Shown here: one piece after another, positions 13,149 to 27,191 of the stretch
How the letters are laid out: each line of letters starts with the position of its first letter
Position numbering within the stretch: the first letter of the stretch is position 1
Assembly: GCF_963921235.1 (NCBI RefSeq)
Contig: NC_086107.1
Coordinates: 98,706,001 to 98,770,000, forward strand
DNA: 64,000 nucleotides
From: Mobula hypostoma
Lineage: Eukaryota
Reading direction: 5' to 3'
The notes under the pieces: model-generated
Told to the model about the DNA's origin: nothing
Database searches by the model: none
The model's input: only the letters and a program-made list of their open reading frames with translations
Translations under genes and position numbers: made by a program

Positions 13149-13371
13149 AGCGTCATAGGAAGTCATAGGTGGCCATCAAACTTTACATCTCCTCCCTTGG
13201 AGGGTCAGACACCCTGAGCCAATAGGCTGGTCCTGGACTTATTTCATAATTTACTGGCATAATTTACATATTACTATTTAACTATTTATGGTTCTATTAC
13301 TATTTATTATTTATGGTGCAACTGTAACGAAAACCAATTTCCCCCCCGGGATCAATAAAGTATGACTATGA
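13149..13371 (+). mobile_element. Short LINE 3'-end insertion with (CTATGA) tail inside a CR1 remnant
   Basis: Ends GGGATCAATAAAGTATGACTATGAC; flanked by CAACACAG direct repeats (13141-13148, 13372-13379). Confidence 0.6.
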
Positions 13372-13964
13372 CAACACAGGCTGGTCGGCATTGGAGGCTT
13401 GTGTTATGGTTCTGAAAGCCACACAAAAGGAAGGATGCGGTGGCAATAGTGAGGGTGCAGAAAAGATTCACAAGCATGGAACCTGGAATGGAGGGCTATG
13501 ATTATTGGATTGGCTGGGTTTATTCTCGCTAGAATGTAGGAGTCTGACCCCCTCCCCCCCCCAATCCACCTACACACCTGGAATTTGATACTATCCACAA
13601 ATTTAGAAATGAATCCCAAGTTTAAGTAAGCACCACTGCCCATCACCATCCACAGCATATGTGTATAACACCATGGATAGGGTGAATTCACTCAGTCTCT
13701 TTCCTAGGGTTGGGGAATCAAGGATTAGAGCTCATAGGATTAAGGCGAGAGGGGAACATTTTTAAACTAAGTGTGGTATATGTGGAATGGGCTACCAGAG
13801 GAGGTGGTTGAGGCACATGGAATAAAAACTTTTAAAGACACTTGGACAGAGTTTAGGTTATGGGCTAAATGGGATTATCTTGGGTGGGGCATCTTGGTCA
13901 GACTGGACCAGTTGGGCCAAAGGATCTGTTTTGATGTTTTATAACTTTATGACTATATTTCTTT

Positions 13965-14450
13965 AGAAGCTTGAGGGGAATTTGTTTGTCACCAAAGGCA
14001 CTTGCAAATTTCTACATGGACAGCATTCTAATTGCCTATATCACCATCTGGGATTGGGGGACGGGGGGTGGTCGCTCGGTCACAGGGTTGAAACAAGCTG
14101 CAGAAAGTTGTAAACTTGGTCAACTCCATAGTATTCAGGACATCTTCAGGGAGCGATGCTTCAAAGACGCCCATCACCCAGGGCATTCTCTGTTCTCATT
14201 GCTACCATTAGGAAGGAGGTTCAGGAGCCTGAAGGCACACACTCCACGACTCAGGAACAGCTTCTTCCCCTCTGCCATCCGATTTCTGAATGGCCATTGA
14301 ATCCATGAGTGTACTACTTCTATAACTGTTTAATATATATACTTACTGTAATTCACATGTTTTCTCTATTATCATGTATTGCATTGTACTGCTACCACAA
14401 AGACAACAATTTTCACAATATAAGCTGGTGATATTAAACCTGGTTCTGAC
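13965..14450 (+). mobile_element. Rex1/Babar-type LINE 3' fragment
   Basis: HHPGHSLFSLLPLGRRFRSLKAHTPRLRNSFFPSAIRFLN C-terminal motif and 3' tail. Confidence 0.75.
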
Positions 14451-16949
14451 GACAGACATCTTAGCACCCACTCTGTTTTCTGTCCCATTTACACGCTTTT
14501 ACAATCTGAAGCCAGCTGACTGTCTCATTCTTCCAGCAGCCCCAGATGCATTCTCCAAACTTACTCATTATTCTATTTTGAGGTTCCTCATCAAAGACCT
14601 TTTGAAAGTAGACACATTACGCCTAAAACATTTGTTGTTCTCTTCTCCCTCTCACTCTTGGTTATTGTTTCAATAAAGTTCAATCCGATTGATCAAGCAA
14701 GGTGCAGTCTTTTGAAATCCATGAATGGGAGTAGTATGGAGGGCTATGGCCCAGATGCTGGTGGTTCGGCATGGACTTGATGGGCCGAAAAGCCTGTTTT
14801 TGTGCTGTATGACTCTTTGGAATATCATTACTCTGAAGTTCTTCTCTTTGTTTTATTGGGAATGTTATTATTTTCCTACTACTGATCTGATCTTAACTTC
14901 CCTGCTATGTTTATTTCCTTTCTGAAATGTAAGTGTTACTTTAGCTGCCCTAACATTCTCTGGTATTACATTATATCTAAATGCCTTTGTCATCCTCCCT
15001 GGATCTAAACCTGGAAATTTCCCTTATAGAGAGTTTTACACGTTGTTTACTGGATAGGAACGGCACCCTCTTGTCCTTTCACCTATTCATCCCGTTTAAT
15101 TAATATTAGGTTATTAAAATCTCTGATAATTTTCTGTCTTTATTCATTTCCCTAATTTGTTTGCATCCTTCTCCTCTTCTCTCCTACTGTTACATGTTTC
15201 TAGACTCTGTTACAATCAATCCTTCCCTCCGCTATCACATGATGCCAGATAAGTTCTGCCTCTCCAGCTCCCACTTCTACCCTCTGTATCCTTTCTAAAC
15301 ATGTTTACACTGTAACTAATTCTGAATCCTGAATTCTCTCTGGGCATAGGTCAGTCCTCTCTGCTGTATGGTGGATTTTTCCAGTCCCTGATCGCCTGCT
15401 TATTACAGACAGACACTATTGCTGTTTAGACAGAGAAGCTCATATTTAATAGGATTTCCTCTCACTTCGTGGCTAGATGTTGTTTTGGACTTCCAGCCTA
15501 TTTGTTTCCTTGCCGTCATTGTTCTCTTATTCATTCCAATGGTTTTCTTCCTGTTGTATTTATATTCTGACTGCATCTGTTTCTTGTTGATCCTTCTCGT
15601 TTCTTGCTGGTTGAAAGCCTTTGCTACCTTCCTGTTTACCTTTTCTACTGAGACAGACATCCTTTGCTATTTCTGTGTGGATTCGCTTTCTTCAATTTTC
15701 TCTTAGTGCACATCAGTTATTTCCCTTATTGTCTCAAAGCTTGCCAATGGTGTTAATCGATTTGACCTCTCCTTATGCCCTTTGTGCAAAAGAGCATCAC
15801 AGTTGGACCTCTCCTCTACCTGGTGAGGTTTGAAAATTATTTCACACCCTTCTGTATCAGATGTGGGACTAAATTAATCTTAGACAAGCGGATTCCCTTG
15901 TAGTCAAAAGCTATGTCCTTCAGCTATGAATTTCATTTAAATTTTCAATCGCTCAAACATGAGAAAGTCTGCAGACGGTTGAAATCCAGAGCAACACCCG
16001 CAAAATGCTGGAGGAATTCAGCAGGTCAGGCAGCGCCTATGGAAAAGAGTAAATCGTCGACATTTCAGGCCAAGGCACTTCAGGACTGGAAAAGAAAGGG
16101 GAAGATGCCTGAATAAAGAGCTGGGGGTTGGGGGGGGCTATCTAGAAGATGATAGGTGAAGCCGGGTGGGTGGGGAAGGTCAAGAGCTGGAATTACTCAA
16201 TGTCCACAGTATTCTGCAAGAAAAATTCCTGAAATTTGCAACCCTGAGAGAAGTAATATCACCTTATTTCATTGGTAGGGAGGTAGCTGTACCTCTAGTT
16301 TTAGACACCTCCACCAGGGCACCTGTTCTTGCAACATCTTCCCTGTCAACCCTACCAGACTTCAAAATGTTGTGCATCTTACTGAGACTTCTCACTCGTC
16401 TACGCCAGGAGTTCCCAACCTGGGGTCCGTGGCATAAAAAAAGACAGGGAACCCTTGATCTAAGCACAAGAGAGTATCTTCAGTCTTTATTCGAGGGAAA
16501 CTCCTTTCATCCTAATATTGTGAATCTTTAATGAGTTATCCCCAAATCATACATATAAAGGAGGAAACCAAAGGTGGTATAATATCAGCCCTTACTGCCA
16601 CTGCATGTTTGGAATGACTGTGGTGTAATCTCATTTACACGGTGGCTGTAAGGGTTTGCCGGTTAGGAACAATGGTACTGAAAGCCAATTGTCCTCTCAT
16701 CTCGGCACGTTGGCCACAAGTAACGCACTCTCTGTGGTGGTCTTTGCTTTTAGATATCTGCAACCCGGCTGTATTCAACTTCTGCTGTGAATACATGTAG
16801 AGTGCTTGTGATCCTCTTGCAGGGCCAAAATTCTGCATGCTGTGCGTGTTATTGATGAGATTTAAGTTCTACTACCTTCACACTCATAAGCAAACAGCTG
16901 GAGGAAGCTTGAGGTCAAGTGGCATCTTTGGAGACAAAAGAGATGGTTA

Positions 16950-17660
16950 ATGATTCAATTTAATATCAAAGAATGTGTATAGTATACAGCCTTAAATTCT
17001 TACTCTTCAGAGCTGACCACAAAATGGAGGAAAAAAAAACCCGAAGAATGAATGACAGAAGAACGTTAGAACCCCAAAGCCCCCCTTCCCCACCCCCAAC
17101 TATTCCAGCAAAGGCATCAGCCCCATTATCACCCACACGCAATAGCAAGCCCCCATGATCAAAAACTACTGTCCAACCCAACAGTTCAACATCTCAACTG
17201 CCCCTCCGCCTAACAAGGGAGAGAGAGCTATCGCTTCGGCCACAGGTTGCTGTTTCGATGTTATGATCTGCAGCATCGCTCATTCGAGTTCCCCTGACTC
17301 AGGAATCAGCAAACTCGTTCTCACCATAGAGAGAGGGGGGGAGAGAGAGGCTGACAGCCCCGCCCGCTGTCTAGACGGTTCAGTCTCCTGCAATGCTTCA
17401 GTCGGCAACATTGGCAAGGAATCGGTTGTCTTCAGGGCCCAGCCGCAAAGGCACAAGCTGTTCCTGGAGATTCCAAAACGCCAGACTGCTTGGCAAGTTC
17501 TGAAGAGTGAAAACTCACAGCCTGTGAATAGCGTAGTTTAAGCACAGCTGTAGATCACGGACTTCGACATGACCCCAGCTCCCTCGAAAAGGAGAAAGAG
17601 ACATGAGAGCAGGAGATATAAACTGTTTCACAGATGAACTGGAAATTGCCCAGGTCCACA
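16950..17660 (-). mobile_element. Non-autonomous LINE-derived repeat (related copies 58998-59835 and, inverted, 26030-26315)
   Basis: Shared blocks such as AAATTCTTACTCTTC, GAAGAATGAATGAC and CAGCTGTAGATCACGGACT; no real ORF. Confidence 0.6.
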
Positions 17661-19299
17661 AAAGCCTCTGGCACCACCTTCAGCTCCTTCCACTCCATTC
17701 TCGATGTTTCAGGTACCGATGCAGGGAGTCGACCCAAAGTGTCGACTGTTGCTTTGTTTCCACAGCTGCTGTTTGAGCCACTGTGTTCCTCCAGCAGTTT
17801 TCATTTTGCTCCAGATTACTTCCGTTGTGCCATCACTTGACTCCTTAACCCTACAGTGGCATAATCAAAATGTATGAAGCACGCGTACAGCGAAACAAAA
17901 TAGAGGTTTAAGCCAGAATGGAAAGAACATTTTGCGTTCATTGTTTAAAAATAGCCAACTGTTACCTTTTCTGCAAAGCACAAAAAGAATCAGATTTTTT
18001 TCATCAGAAATGAGCAAAAACAAAGTAATAACATCAGACATTTATTCCTGCCTTTAGTACACTTACTGCCTGTTACGCCACTGGTGTTTACGGCAGCAAT
18101 AAGGTCCTTCATCTCTGGTGGTGCTCAGGGCTTCCTTCTTCGTGTCAGTGGCTTCCTTGGTTTACACGACTGTCAGTCATGCAAATCCCGGGTAGAGACT
18201 CAGGAATACCGTCACACTCGGATGTAGAAGGATTCTTCATTGCTGTTTCCGTAACAGTTTTGTTTTACCTGAGCTGACCCCCCAAACCTGGAGGACTGGC
18301 GGACCACCCTTAGTCTGGCCTCTACCCTTTGATCTGTTTGGCATGAGTGACCCTACTAAGAGCCAAAGCCTGAAGCCCTGACTCCAACTAACATCGCTCT
18401 CTGGGTCATTGAGGCACACAATCCTCCAAACCACAAGGTTGTGGTCCTCTTGGAGGTGTCTTTAGTATGGAATATAGCAGAAGGAGCTGTTATTATTTCA
18501 TGGTATATCACTTGTATGAGACATTAGCTGTTTGGTAGCGAATTCAAGAATAATATTACAGAAATAAAGGCATTTTAATACAATGAACATAAAACCAACC
18601 AATAAAGCAAATTTAAGCTGTGATCCACAGTACAGAGAGGCTTATCTCCCAGATCAGTGCTTGAAGAATGCAAAAAAAACTGAAGGAATTCTGTAGTTTG
18701 TAATCTCACTCTTGACAAATCAAAGGCAATAAGCCTGAACTGGAAATGTGTTAATGTCTTCATTAGTGAAACTGAAAGAACAAATGCTGGATCTTAAAAA
18801 AGAAACTACTTGCAGTATTGACGTTAACGTGCACCTGACAAAGATTTGAAAATGATTGTGTACTGTTGCATAAACCTTTTGTTCTTTCAATAGATGCAGA
18901 AACTTCTGTGGCAGATTCTTCAAATGTCCCAGATTTCTCCTGCTTGCTTCATCCTTAGTGAACATCTTATGGACAGATATCTGAATTACTTATACGATCT
19001 TGAAATTGTCAGTTTCATCTGTTCAATTGAGAAAGTTCATCGACAGTTCAAAAATAGATCATAAAAAAGCTGAAACTTGAAGCCAAATGCTGTGACATTT
19101 TGTAAGATGATTATCAGCCAGCAATGTTTTAAATAACTTTGTACCACTGTTGGAGCCTGTCGGTGTTTTCCTTAAAGAAAGAGGCAAGTTTCATTGGCAA
19201 TTTGAAGATGAACAATAGATGCGGGGGCATGTTTTTCTACTGATACTGTGAGTCACCCAAGAACCTTCAAGTTGGGACTCCTAGGCACGAGAAAGATCA

Positions 19300-19780
19300 G
19301 AATCGGGTTTAATGTGTTTCTATGTTAATATTCTCGGCATATGTCATGAAATTTTTAACTCTGCAGAAGCAGTACAGTACAATAATGATAGAGAATATAT
19401 ATATTTGAATATATATTAAATAGGTAAATTAGTGCAAAAAAAGAAATAAAAAAATAGTGAGGTGGTGTTCATGGGTTCCATGTCCATTCAGAAATCAGAT
19501 GGCAGAGGGGAAGAAACTGTTCCTGAATCATTGAGTGGATGCCTTCAGGCTTCTGTACCTCCTCCCTGATGGTAGCAATGAGAAGAGGGCATGTCCTGGG
19601 TGATGGGGGTCATTAATGATGGACTCCGCCTTTTTGAGGCATCGCTCCTTGAAGATGTCCTGGATACTACGGAGGCTAGTGCCTGTGATGGAGCTGGATA
19701 AATTTTCAACTCTCTGCAGCTTACTTCGATCCTGTGCAGTAGCCCTCCCCCCTCCCCCACACCTCCCAATGCCAGGAAGT
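19300..19780 (-). mobile_element. Rex1/Babar-type LINE 3' fragment
   Basis: Homologous to 6803-7500, 29470-30205 and 47760-48250 (CAGATGGCAGAGGGGAAGAA.CTGTTCCTGAA block). Confidence 0.75.
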
Positions 19781-20075
19781 GACTACAGGTCCTCCCCAGG
19801 TAATGAACACCAGACTTATTTACACCCTGTTCGTACAAACAAATGAGCTAGCAGGGTGGAGTTGCATGGCTGCAGGCATCTTTTGCCATGTGGGAGCCTG
19901 GTTTGTGGCAGTAACTGAAAGGCTGAGTTAAACACCCTGGTGTTGCCTTTGGTTGCATATCTTTTTATATTAAGAAAAATCTTTTTATTTAAATGTATTG
20001 CTGAGCATCTGCATTTCCGACTTGTAAACTGTTCCAGTTACAAGGTGTTTTTTTAACTCTGTCTCCACCTTCTAG

Positions 20076-20400
20076 GGCAAGTTATGGTAGTGTAGCGGTC
20101 TGTGTAACATGTTACAGTGCCAGAGATCGAGATTCAATTCCCACCACTGTCTGTAAGGAGTTTGTACAATTTCTCTGTGATCATGTGAGTTTCCTCTGCT
20201 TGCTTTGGTTTCTTCCCAGGTTCCAATGATTATGGGCTAGGGTTAGCAAGTTGTGAGCATTCTATCTTGGTGCCGGAAGAACGGTAACACCTGCAGACTG
20301 CCCCCAGCGCGATCCTCGCTGGTCGTTGACACAAAATGACGCGTTTCACTGTATGTTTTGATGCTTCGATGTACTTGTGACGAATAAAGCTAATCTTGTC
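20076..20400 (+). mobile_element. tRNA-derived SINE (V-SINE-like); related copies 44420-44700 (+) and 49025-49276 (-)
   Basis: A-box-like TAGTGTAGCGG, B-box-like GATTCAATTCC, core CTGTAAGGAGTTTGTAC, AATAAA tail. Confidence 0.65.
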
Positions 20401-21039
20401 TTTAAAACGTTAAGAGGCTTCAATAACTTTGCCTGTCTCAATTAGTGAATTGCCAGAAGAAACATCAAAAACTTGAGAAAAATCAAAGTTTTTCTTGAGA
20501 AAGATCAAAATCACTGCTTGATGACTTTCAGGCCATTTTTGAAGAAGTGGAGATCCTGGGTTAGTTTTAACTCTAAACCCATTCACAGTTGATATATTAA
20601 TGAAAGCGGCCTAATTTTCAAAATGTTCAGAATTCTAGAAAGACCAGGCTCTAAAGATGATGCAAAGTCACACAACATTCTTATTGTGCAAGAAATGGTG
20701 CAGAATATAGTATCCCAACTGAAGAAAACCAATAAGCACAGCTTATTGTTGTCAATCGCTAAAGGTTATCAATAAAAACTTTGTGGATTCCTTGTAAAAT
20801 GTCACCTGAGCAGCTTTCAATCAGATTGTTAAAGGTTTATGAGTAGATTGGAGAGTAACAGCTCCAGCAGGCAACTGTAATTCTGTAGGGGAGGGTGAGG
20901 GAAGTTCAGATCCCTGTAAGGCACAGGATTGTGAATTATGAGGTAAGTTACTTAAATGATAACATTTATTGGGCTTAAGGAAAGAATTGAGGATTCAATG
21001 ACTGCAGAGAATCGTAGCTGTCTTTAAAATTTTAAGAAA

Positions 21040-22010
21040 ACAAAAGGCTAGAAATGGTCAGCACGTTTCGTCACATTTACAGAAGAGAGAACTCATTCAA
21101 GACCTTTCATCCACTGAAAAATGGGCTTTAAATTTGGAGAATTGGGAGGGAAGGACAAACAGAAAAATCTGTGAAAGGCAGGGGGTAGAAACAAACAAAT
21201 TTGTTAAAGTAAAAGTTACCAAACACTTAAAAAAAAGATGAAAATGAGGAACAATGATTAGAAAATTCAAAAAGAGTTCTGATAATCTCAAATAAAAATG
21301 CTAGAATTAATAATTGAATTGCTGGATATGCTAAGCCCAAAATTTTCCAGTAGGAAGATTTATCCAAACTGTTCCTCCTACTTAAAACAAGTTTGCAGCA
21401 TCACTTCAAGGGACTGTAGATGAAACAAGAGTGGAGCAGAGAAATATAGCGACAGGAAGCTCAGGGTCATATTTGTAGGCTGAATAGAATATCTCTGCAA
21501 AGTATTCATCCAGTTCATGAATCCCCATTGGGGAGCAGATCACATCATGCACAGATCATGTTAGTGTATTAAACTGAAAGGTACTAGTAGGTGGCTGGTT
21601 CACCTGAATGGTGTGTTTGGGTTTCTGGATGATGGGAAACTAAAAGGGTAAGTGTTTTATCTGGTCTGTTAGGAAGGTACAAGTAGGGGAATGTGGCTGT
21701 TGATGGATAAAGGGAAGAATCAGAGAGAGCACTGGAGAACCAGTCCCTACTGAAGAGAAGAGAGACTGTGTCTGGTTGGTGGCACTGGTAGAGGGGTCAA
21801 AAGTTGAGGAAAGGGCAGCTAGTTCTGGAGCTGGGCAAAGGGGGTGACAGCAAAAGTGAAGAAATGGAGCAGAGGGCCCAGTTGGGGAAATGGTGCTGTC
21901 AGAACAGGAAGGAGGGGAACTGGGAAAATGGAATAGTCTTTGCAGGAGGATGTTTTGAATGCAACTACTGGTAGAGTTGGTGATGTGGCTTGGTCCTTCC
22001 CCTCGTTCCT
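21040..22010 (-). mobile_element. Old degraded Penelope-like element remnant
   Basis: Minus-strand ..TSSCIQNILLQRLFHF.. resembles the PLE RT/endonuclease linker; a degenerate terminal repeat lies at 21040-21120. Confidence 0.4.
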
Positions 22011-23484
22011 CAGCCTTGTCTCTGACAGTATCCACTCTCCCACATGGCTATTAGCCACCCTATGTATCTTTCCGCGCCTGTCTCTCACTTGTGGTTCTTG
22101 CTCCTGTCCCATACAGCTTTCTGCCTCTCCTTTCCCCCACCCCCTGGGTCTGTCCGTCCTCCCCCAACCTTCCTGACTGTGCCCACACCCCAAGTTAATC
22201 TAACCCTCTGCCTTACCTCATTGGCTTGCGGTCAAGAAGGGGTGAGTTCACATTTTTAAATTAGTTGTCAAAAGTAGCTGTTGACAGAAATAGTATGACC
22301 TTGAGCTGTTGTAGTGCAGGTTAAGTTTGTGCAGAGCTGGTTCTGGAAGTGGGCTGTTGCAAGGGAATGTGTAGTATTGCTTCATACAGTGAATGCTGAT
22401 CATGACATTCCTGATCGTATTTACTATAAATATTCTAAATGAAGTATAATTTTGAGGAGAAAAAAATACCATTAGCTGAGGTACCAAAGTTTTGAGTTCA
22501 TTTCAATCAGAAAGAAACTTCTTTTGGGTTAATTTGGTTTCTCGTGGTTTTTGTGCTATTTATATAAATAGTTCATGCTTAACATAGTGTAATGGGCTGG
22601 TTTAGTCCGACCCAAAAGACCCAAACCAATTCACGTGTCCAGGAGATACGGTAATAAAGCGTACAAGGACAACAAAATAACAAGCTTACTTTATTATCAG
22701 AAAACAGGAAGCACAAATAAACCACCCTAAATACATAGTAAATTACAAAAATTTCCACAAAGATTTCAGGTCTCACGATTCTTAGCTACCATTTGATTGC
22801 CACTGTTATCGGGGGAATTCTGAATCCCGACTCATGAAATCACCCTTGGTCTGTCCTGGGCACCTATTGATTGCAATTCTTCAGTCAAGCTGAAGTCCCA
22901 AGAACCGAAGGAAAGGTGCCTCAATAAATAGGGTTTCAATCCAAAAGCATTGAGAGACCCAGAGACAGACACATTTTTTGGTCTTTTGTTCTCATGCCAC
23001 TAGCGCCTGAGGCTGTAAAGAATCCAGCCACTATTAGCAAACATTTAACAAATGTTTAACTTGTTTAGACACCTGACATGTTGCAAGCTCACAAAGAGTT
23101 AAAGTGCCACTTAGAATTGTTCAGACTTTCATCTGATATTTTTATAAAGTTTAATCCACCTCAACACACACAGTGTGCTTCCTTTACACTCTATCAAATT
23201 TTTCATGTTTAAATCATGTTGAAATGCTGCTGGGTATTGTCCAGTCCAAAGCTCCCAGTACAGAGCCAGAATTTCCTTTGTGAAATCCAGGCCACTGCTA
23301 TGAAACTGAGTGGGACGTATTGATTCTCTACATCGTACATCTAACTCACTACCTTTCTTCATCGCTGTAATTTCTACCAATTTCCCTCATCCTTCTCTAA
23401 TGTCCTCAAATCATCTTCTTGTGTTTCACATGCCTCAACTGTTACAAGGTATATGATGTCTGACATCTTTATCTCTTTCTGCAG

Positions 23485-23533
23485 AGACTTTGATTCGCTT
23501 TCTAAAGAAAATGTCTACGAAAACAATCGCCTG
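23485..23533 (+). CDS. MICALL1: MICAL-like protein 1, coding exon 2 (49 nt)
   Basis: Polypyrimidine tract + GCAG acceptor; (I)DFDSLSKENVYENNRL; GTAAGT donor; phase matches exons 1 and 3. Confidence 0.9.
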
Positions 23534-24179
23534 GTAAGTGTTGTATTATCTTAACTATCGATGTTTTTATTGTTGGAGCTTCTGTTAGCCATTACTTTGG
23601 GTGACATTTCTTATATTATCACTGCTGTCCTCCTCCCAAAAGGAGTTAAAACCATAAGCAAGAGAAACATAGAAAACCTGCAGCACAATACAGACCCTTC
23701 GGCCCACAATGCTGTGCAGAACATGTATTTACTTTAGAAATTACCTAGAGTGCTTGGTAGACAAACCTGGTAAACAAGCTCATGAAGCAGAAGTAAATTG
23801 TGTCATGTATGATGTACCAAGTTAAGCAGGATTAATGATCTAAATTCAAGTTCCACCAAAGCCGCTATAGAATTTAAATTCATTTAAAATAGCTCTTGGT
23901 AATGGTGACCTCAAAACTCTTAAAACGCAGTCTCGTTGACTAATGCCCTTGAGGGGAGTGAATCTGCCACCTCTATCTGGTCAGGCCTGCGGATGGTTCT
24001 GGGCCCTCCAGCTGGTTGAATGGAATGCCCTACTGGGCAATCTTCAGTTCAAGGGCTGTCAGAGGTGGGCAATAATGCTCAGTCGCCAACGAGCCCAGAT
24101 GTTGAAAAATTATGTATAAAAAAGATGAGGGAAAATCAGGCTGAACCTAGTAGCCTAAGAAGGAAGGTAAAAAGGAGAA

Positions 24180-24625
24180 AGTTCAAAGTAAATTTTAATA
24201 TCAAACTACATATATGTCAACATAAAGAACCCTGAAATTCATTTTCCTGTGGGCAGACTCGGCAAATCTATAGAAGAGTAACAATAACAGGATCAATGTA
24301 AAATCAACCAGCGTGCAGAAGAAAACAAACTGTGCAAATGCAGATATAAATATTTCACAATAAATAACAAGAACATGACATAAAGAGTCCTTAAAGTGAG
24401 ATCACTGGTTGTGGGAAAATCTCAATGGATGGGCAAATGAGGGTAGTTCTCCCTTTTTTTTCCAAGAACCTGATGTTTGAGGGGTAGCAACTGTTCTTGA
24501 ACCTAGTGGTGTGAGTCCTGAGGCTCTTGTACCTTCTACCTGATGGCAGCAGCGAGAAAAGAGCATGCCCTGGGTGGTGGGGATCTCTGATGATGGCTGC
24601 TTCTTTCCTAAGACGGCATTTCATG
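24180..24625 (-). mobile_element. Rex1/Babar-type LINE 3' fragment (second subfamily)
   Basis: AAIIRDPHHPGHALFSLLPSGRRYKSLRTHTTRFKNSCYPSNIRFL. Confidence 0.75.
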
Positions 24626-27191
24626 TCGAGAGTATGAGATATTGAAGGGAATCCAAAGGTCTACTATTGTCAAATAAATAGTGCAATGAGGGCTAAAGCT
24701 GGTCAGGAATAAGGAGGTGATATAGCTAGAGCTAGATTTCACAGCAAAAGTTCATGAAGAACCAGGAATAATGGGTGAAATTTGGCAAGGATGAACTCCG
24801 CCACAGGACAGTCCCAAGCCCAACTGCAGAACCCAGAGCCGCAGAAACTCCAAAGACCACCTCCCTGGGTGAGGAGGGATCTTTGCTGCCTGTAGAAACA
24901 TAGAAACATGGAAACATGGAAAACCTACAGCACAATACAGCCCTTTCAGCCCACAAAGCTGTGCCGAACATGCCCTTACCTTAGAACTACCTAGGCTCAC
25001 CCATAGCCATCTATTTTTCTAAGCTCCAACTTCTCAAACCTCTACAGATATGCTATAAAGTATTCTAACAATTTGCATTTCAGCCTGATATGGATCACCA
25101 CAGGACTTGCAGACAATGATAAACACTGCCCAGTCTCATCACAGTCTTCCATTCAGTCCACCTTAGCAGTGCATTGCATCAGGACGGTTAACCGCATTGT
25201 CAAGGATTAAGGCATACCCTGATCATTCCCTTTTCTCTCCAATAGCTTCTCGAAAATTTAGGAGTTTGAGGACAGATTTCTGAACCAATCACCTTTTTCA
25301 CATCCCCTATTCAGTGATGCTACCATGGGCTTCACCTGGGGACAACTTGAAAGACAGGCCCAGGATAGAGGATTGTGGTGAGCTGCTGTCAGTGACCTAT
25401 GCCCCAGTAGGGTGATGGCCTAAAGTAAGCAAGTCACCTTGTCTGTATGGGATGCATCCTCGATGCTGAGATGGAGTGGGAATTGCCATAACATTATAAG
25501 ATTAAAGAAGGGGAATTTGCCAAGGACTGAATAACAGCAAATATATTGCCTTGTTCATAAACTTAAGCCAGTCAACTCAGATTAGTCAGTTTTATATAAC
25601 CAATCGATGGAAAACACTAATAGGAACTTAAAAGAGATCAGGCATAGATTTAAAGCAAATTACATTTGACTTATCTGATAGATTTTACTGATGAAACAAT
25701 TTTGATTGTCAATTGATGTGGTTTACATAGTTTTTTTTTGAAGACATTTGAGGAAATCTGGATTACATGCTTTGCAGCTACCTAGATATTCTTACGTAGA
25801 CGGAGAGAGCAATGGTAAAGGACTGTTTTACAGAATGGGAGGGTGACACCTAACGCTGTTCCCTAGAGCACAGTATCAGAACCACTGCTTTCTGAGTGGA
25901 GATGTGCGGGCTAGAGTTCCCATATTTTGGGCTGACACCAAACATGGTAAGCTGTGAGGGCAACAGTACACTGACATGACGTGGATGTGCAGGGGAAATT
26001 GTCAGACGTGCAGCTGGGACTTAATAGAGACAGCTACTGTCTGAGATGTCGAAGTGTTGGGATGGACAGTGATTTTTTGATGGACTCTGGATCGTGGTCT
26101 CTGGGGGCTATTGCTTGCATGGTGAGTGGCAGGGGTCGAGCCTCTGCTGGAGAAGGTGGAGGAGGGGGAGGACTGATGCTTGGGAGGGGGGCTGTGGCAT
26201 TCTACTGTTTTTCTGTCATTCATTCTTTGGGTTTTTTTCCTGTTTTGTGGATGTCTGCAAAGAGTAAAGATTTCAAGTTCTCAGATTCTCTGATATTAAG
26301 TGGAACCTTTGAGCCAGAGAAGAGTAAAATGATGCACTTTGACAGAGAGAAAGGAAACAATGGACATTCTGACAGTTCAAAGGTGTGGCAAGTGTATGTG
26401 TCTGAAAGATTTTTTTAATGTGGCAGAAGTGGTTGAAATGGTAAATCGTGTGTATGAGATCCTGGGATTGAGAATTAGAGGCACTGAGTACTAAAGCAAT
26501 GGGGTTATAATATGGCCACTCCTCTCAGTGCATGCAAGCCTGGTCATCAGAGTTTAGAAAAGTAAAGGTCCTTGAGGGGTTGAAGACAAGATTCATTGGT
26601 CTGACTGGATGAGAGGTATTCAGTCAGGGCATCAGACAGCTTTGCTTTTCTGGTTGGATACAGAGACAATTGGGATTGATCTTCAAATCACTGTTCAGGA
26701 ATTATCTCCTTGCCTCGAGCTGTATTTCCCCACTATGTCTTCATGTTCCCTGGTCTGTAATCTTTCTCCTCATCTTTATGAAATATGGTTTATTCCTCCT
26801 TGGTGTTTCAGACTGCAGTAGATACTCAGCAGGTTGTGTTTGCTGTCGAATTCTGACCATCGATATGTTTTTGAATTTCTATTCATATGTCTGGCTTGAA
26901 TTTTTTTATTTAATTGTGGTTCATTTTTGGGGATTGGGGTGGGGAGTTGTTAGTGTTTGATAAAAGTAGGTATTCTTTGTAATTTACTGAACTTAAATGA
27001 AGAAAAACAAAATATTGGTATCTCTAGACCACAGTTAAATTGAACTCAGTATAACATAAGCATGTTAATAGTTTTAGCCAATTAATTTTTAAAATCTGTT
27101 GTTACTATCCAGTCAGCAGTGCTGTAATGTTTGGATTGTAGAAGTTCAAGTCAGTGTGATCCTGCAGTATTTCTCGATCATTATCCTGGAC

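Larger units (their letters stand above)
18480..20830 (+). mobile_element. Possible very degraded hAT (Charlie/GTF2IRD2-like) transposase remnant interrupted by a LINE (19300-19780) and a SINE
   Basis: Only faint peptide resemblance (e.g. FLLIL*VT.. / KLGLLG near 19230-19290). No TIR or TSD identified. Confidence 0.25.

Noticed and set aside
16406..16457. 52-bp hAT/Charlie-like mini element
   Set aside because: The TIR and 8-bp flanks match only partially (6/8); too weak to call.
22587..23090. Possible solo LTR starting TGTAATG
   Set aside because: Could not identify a matching CA end with a TSD.
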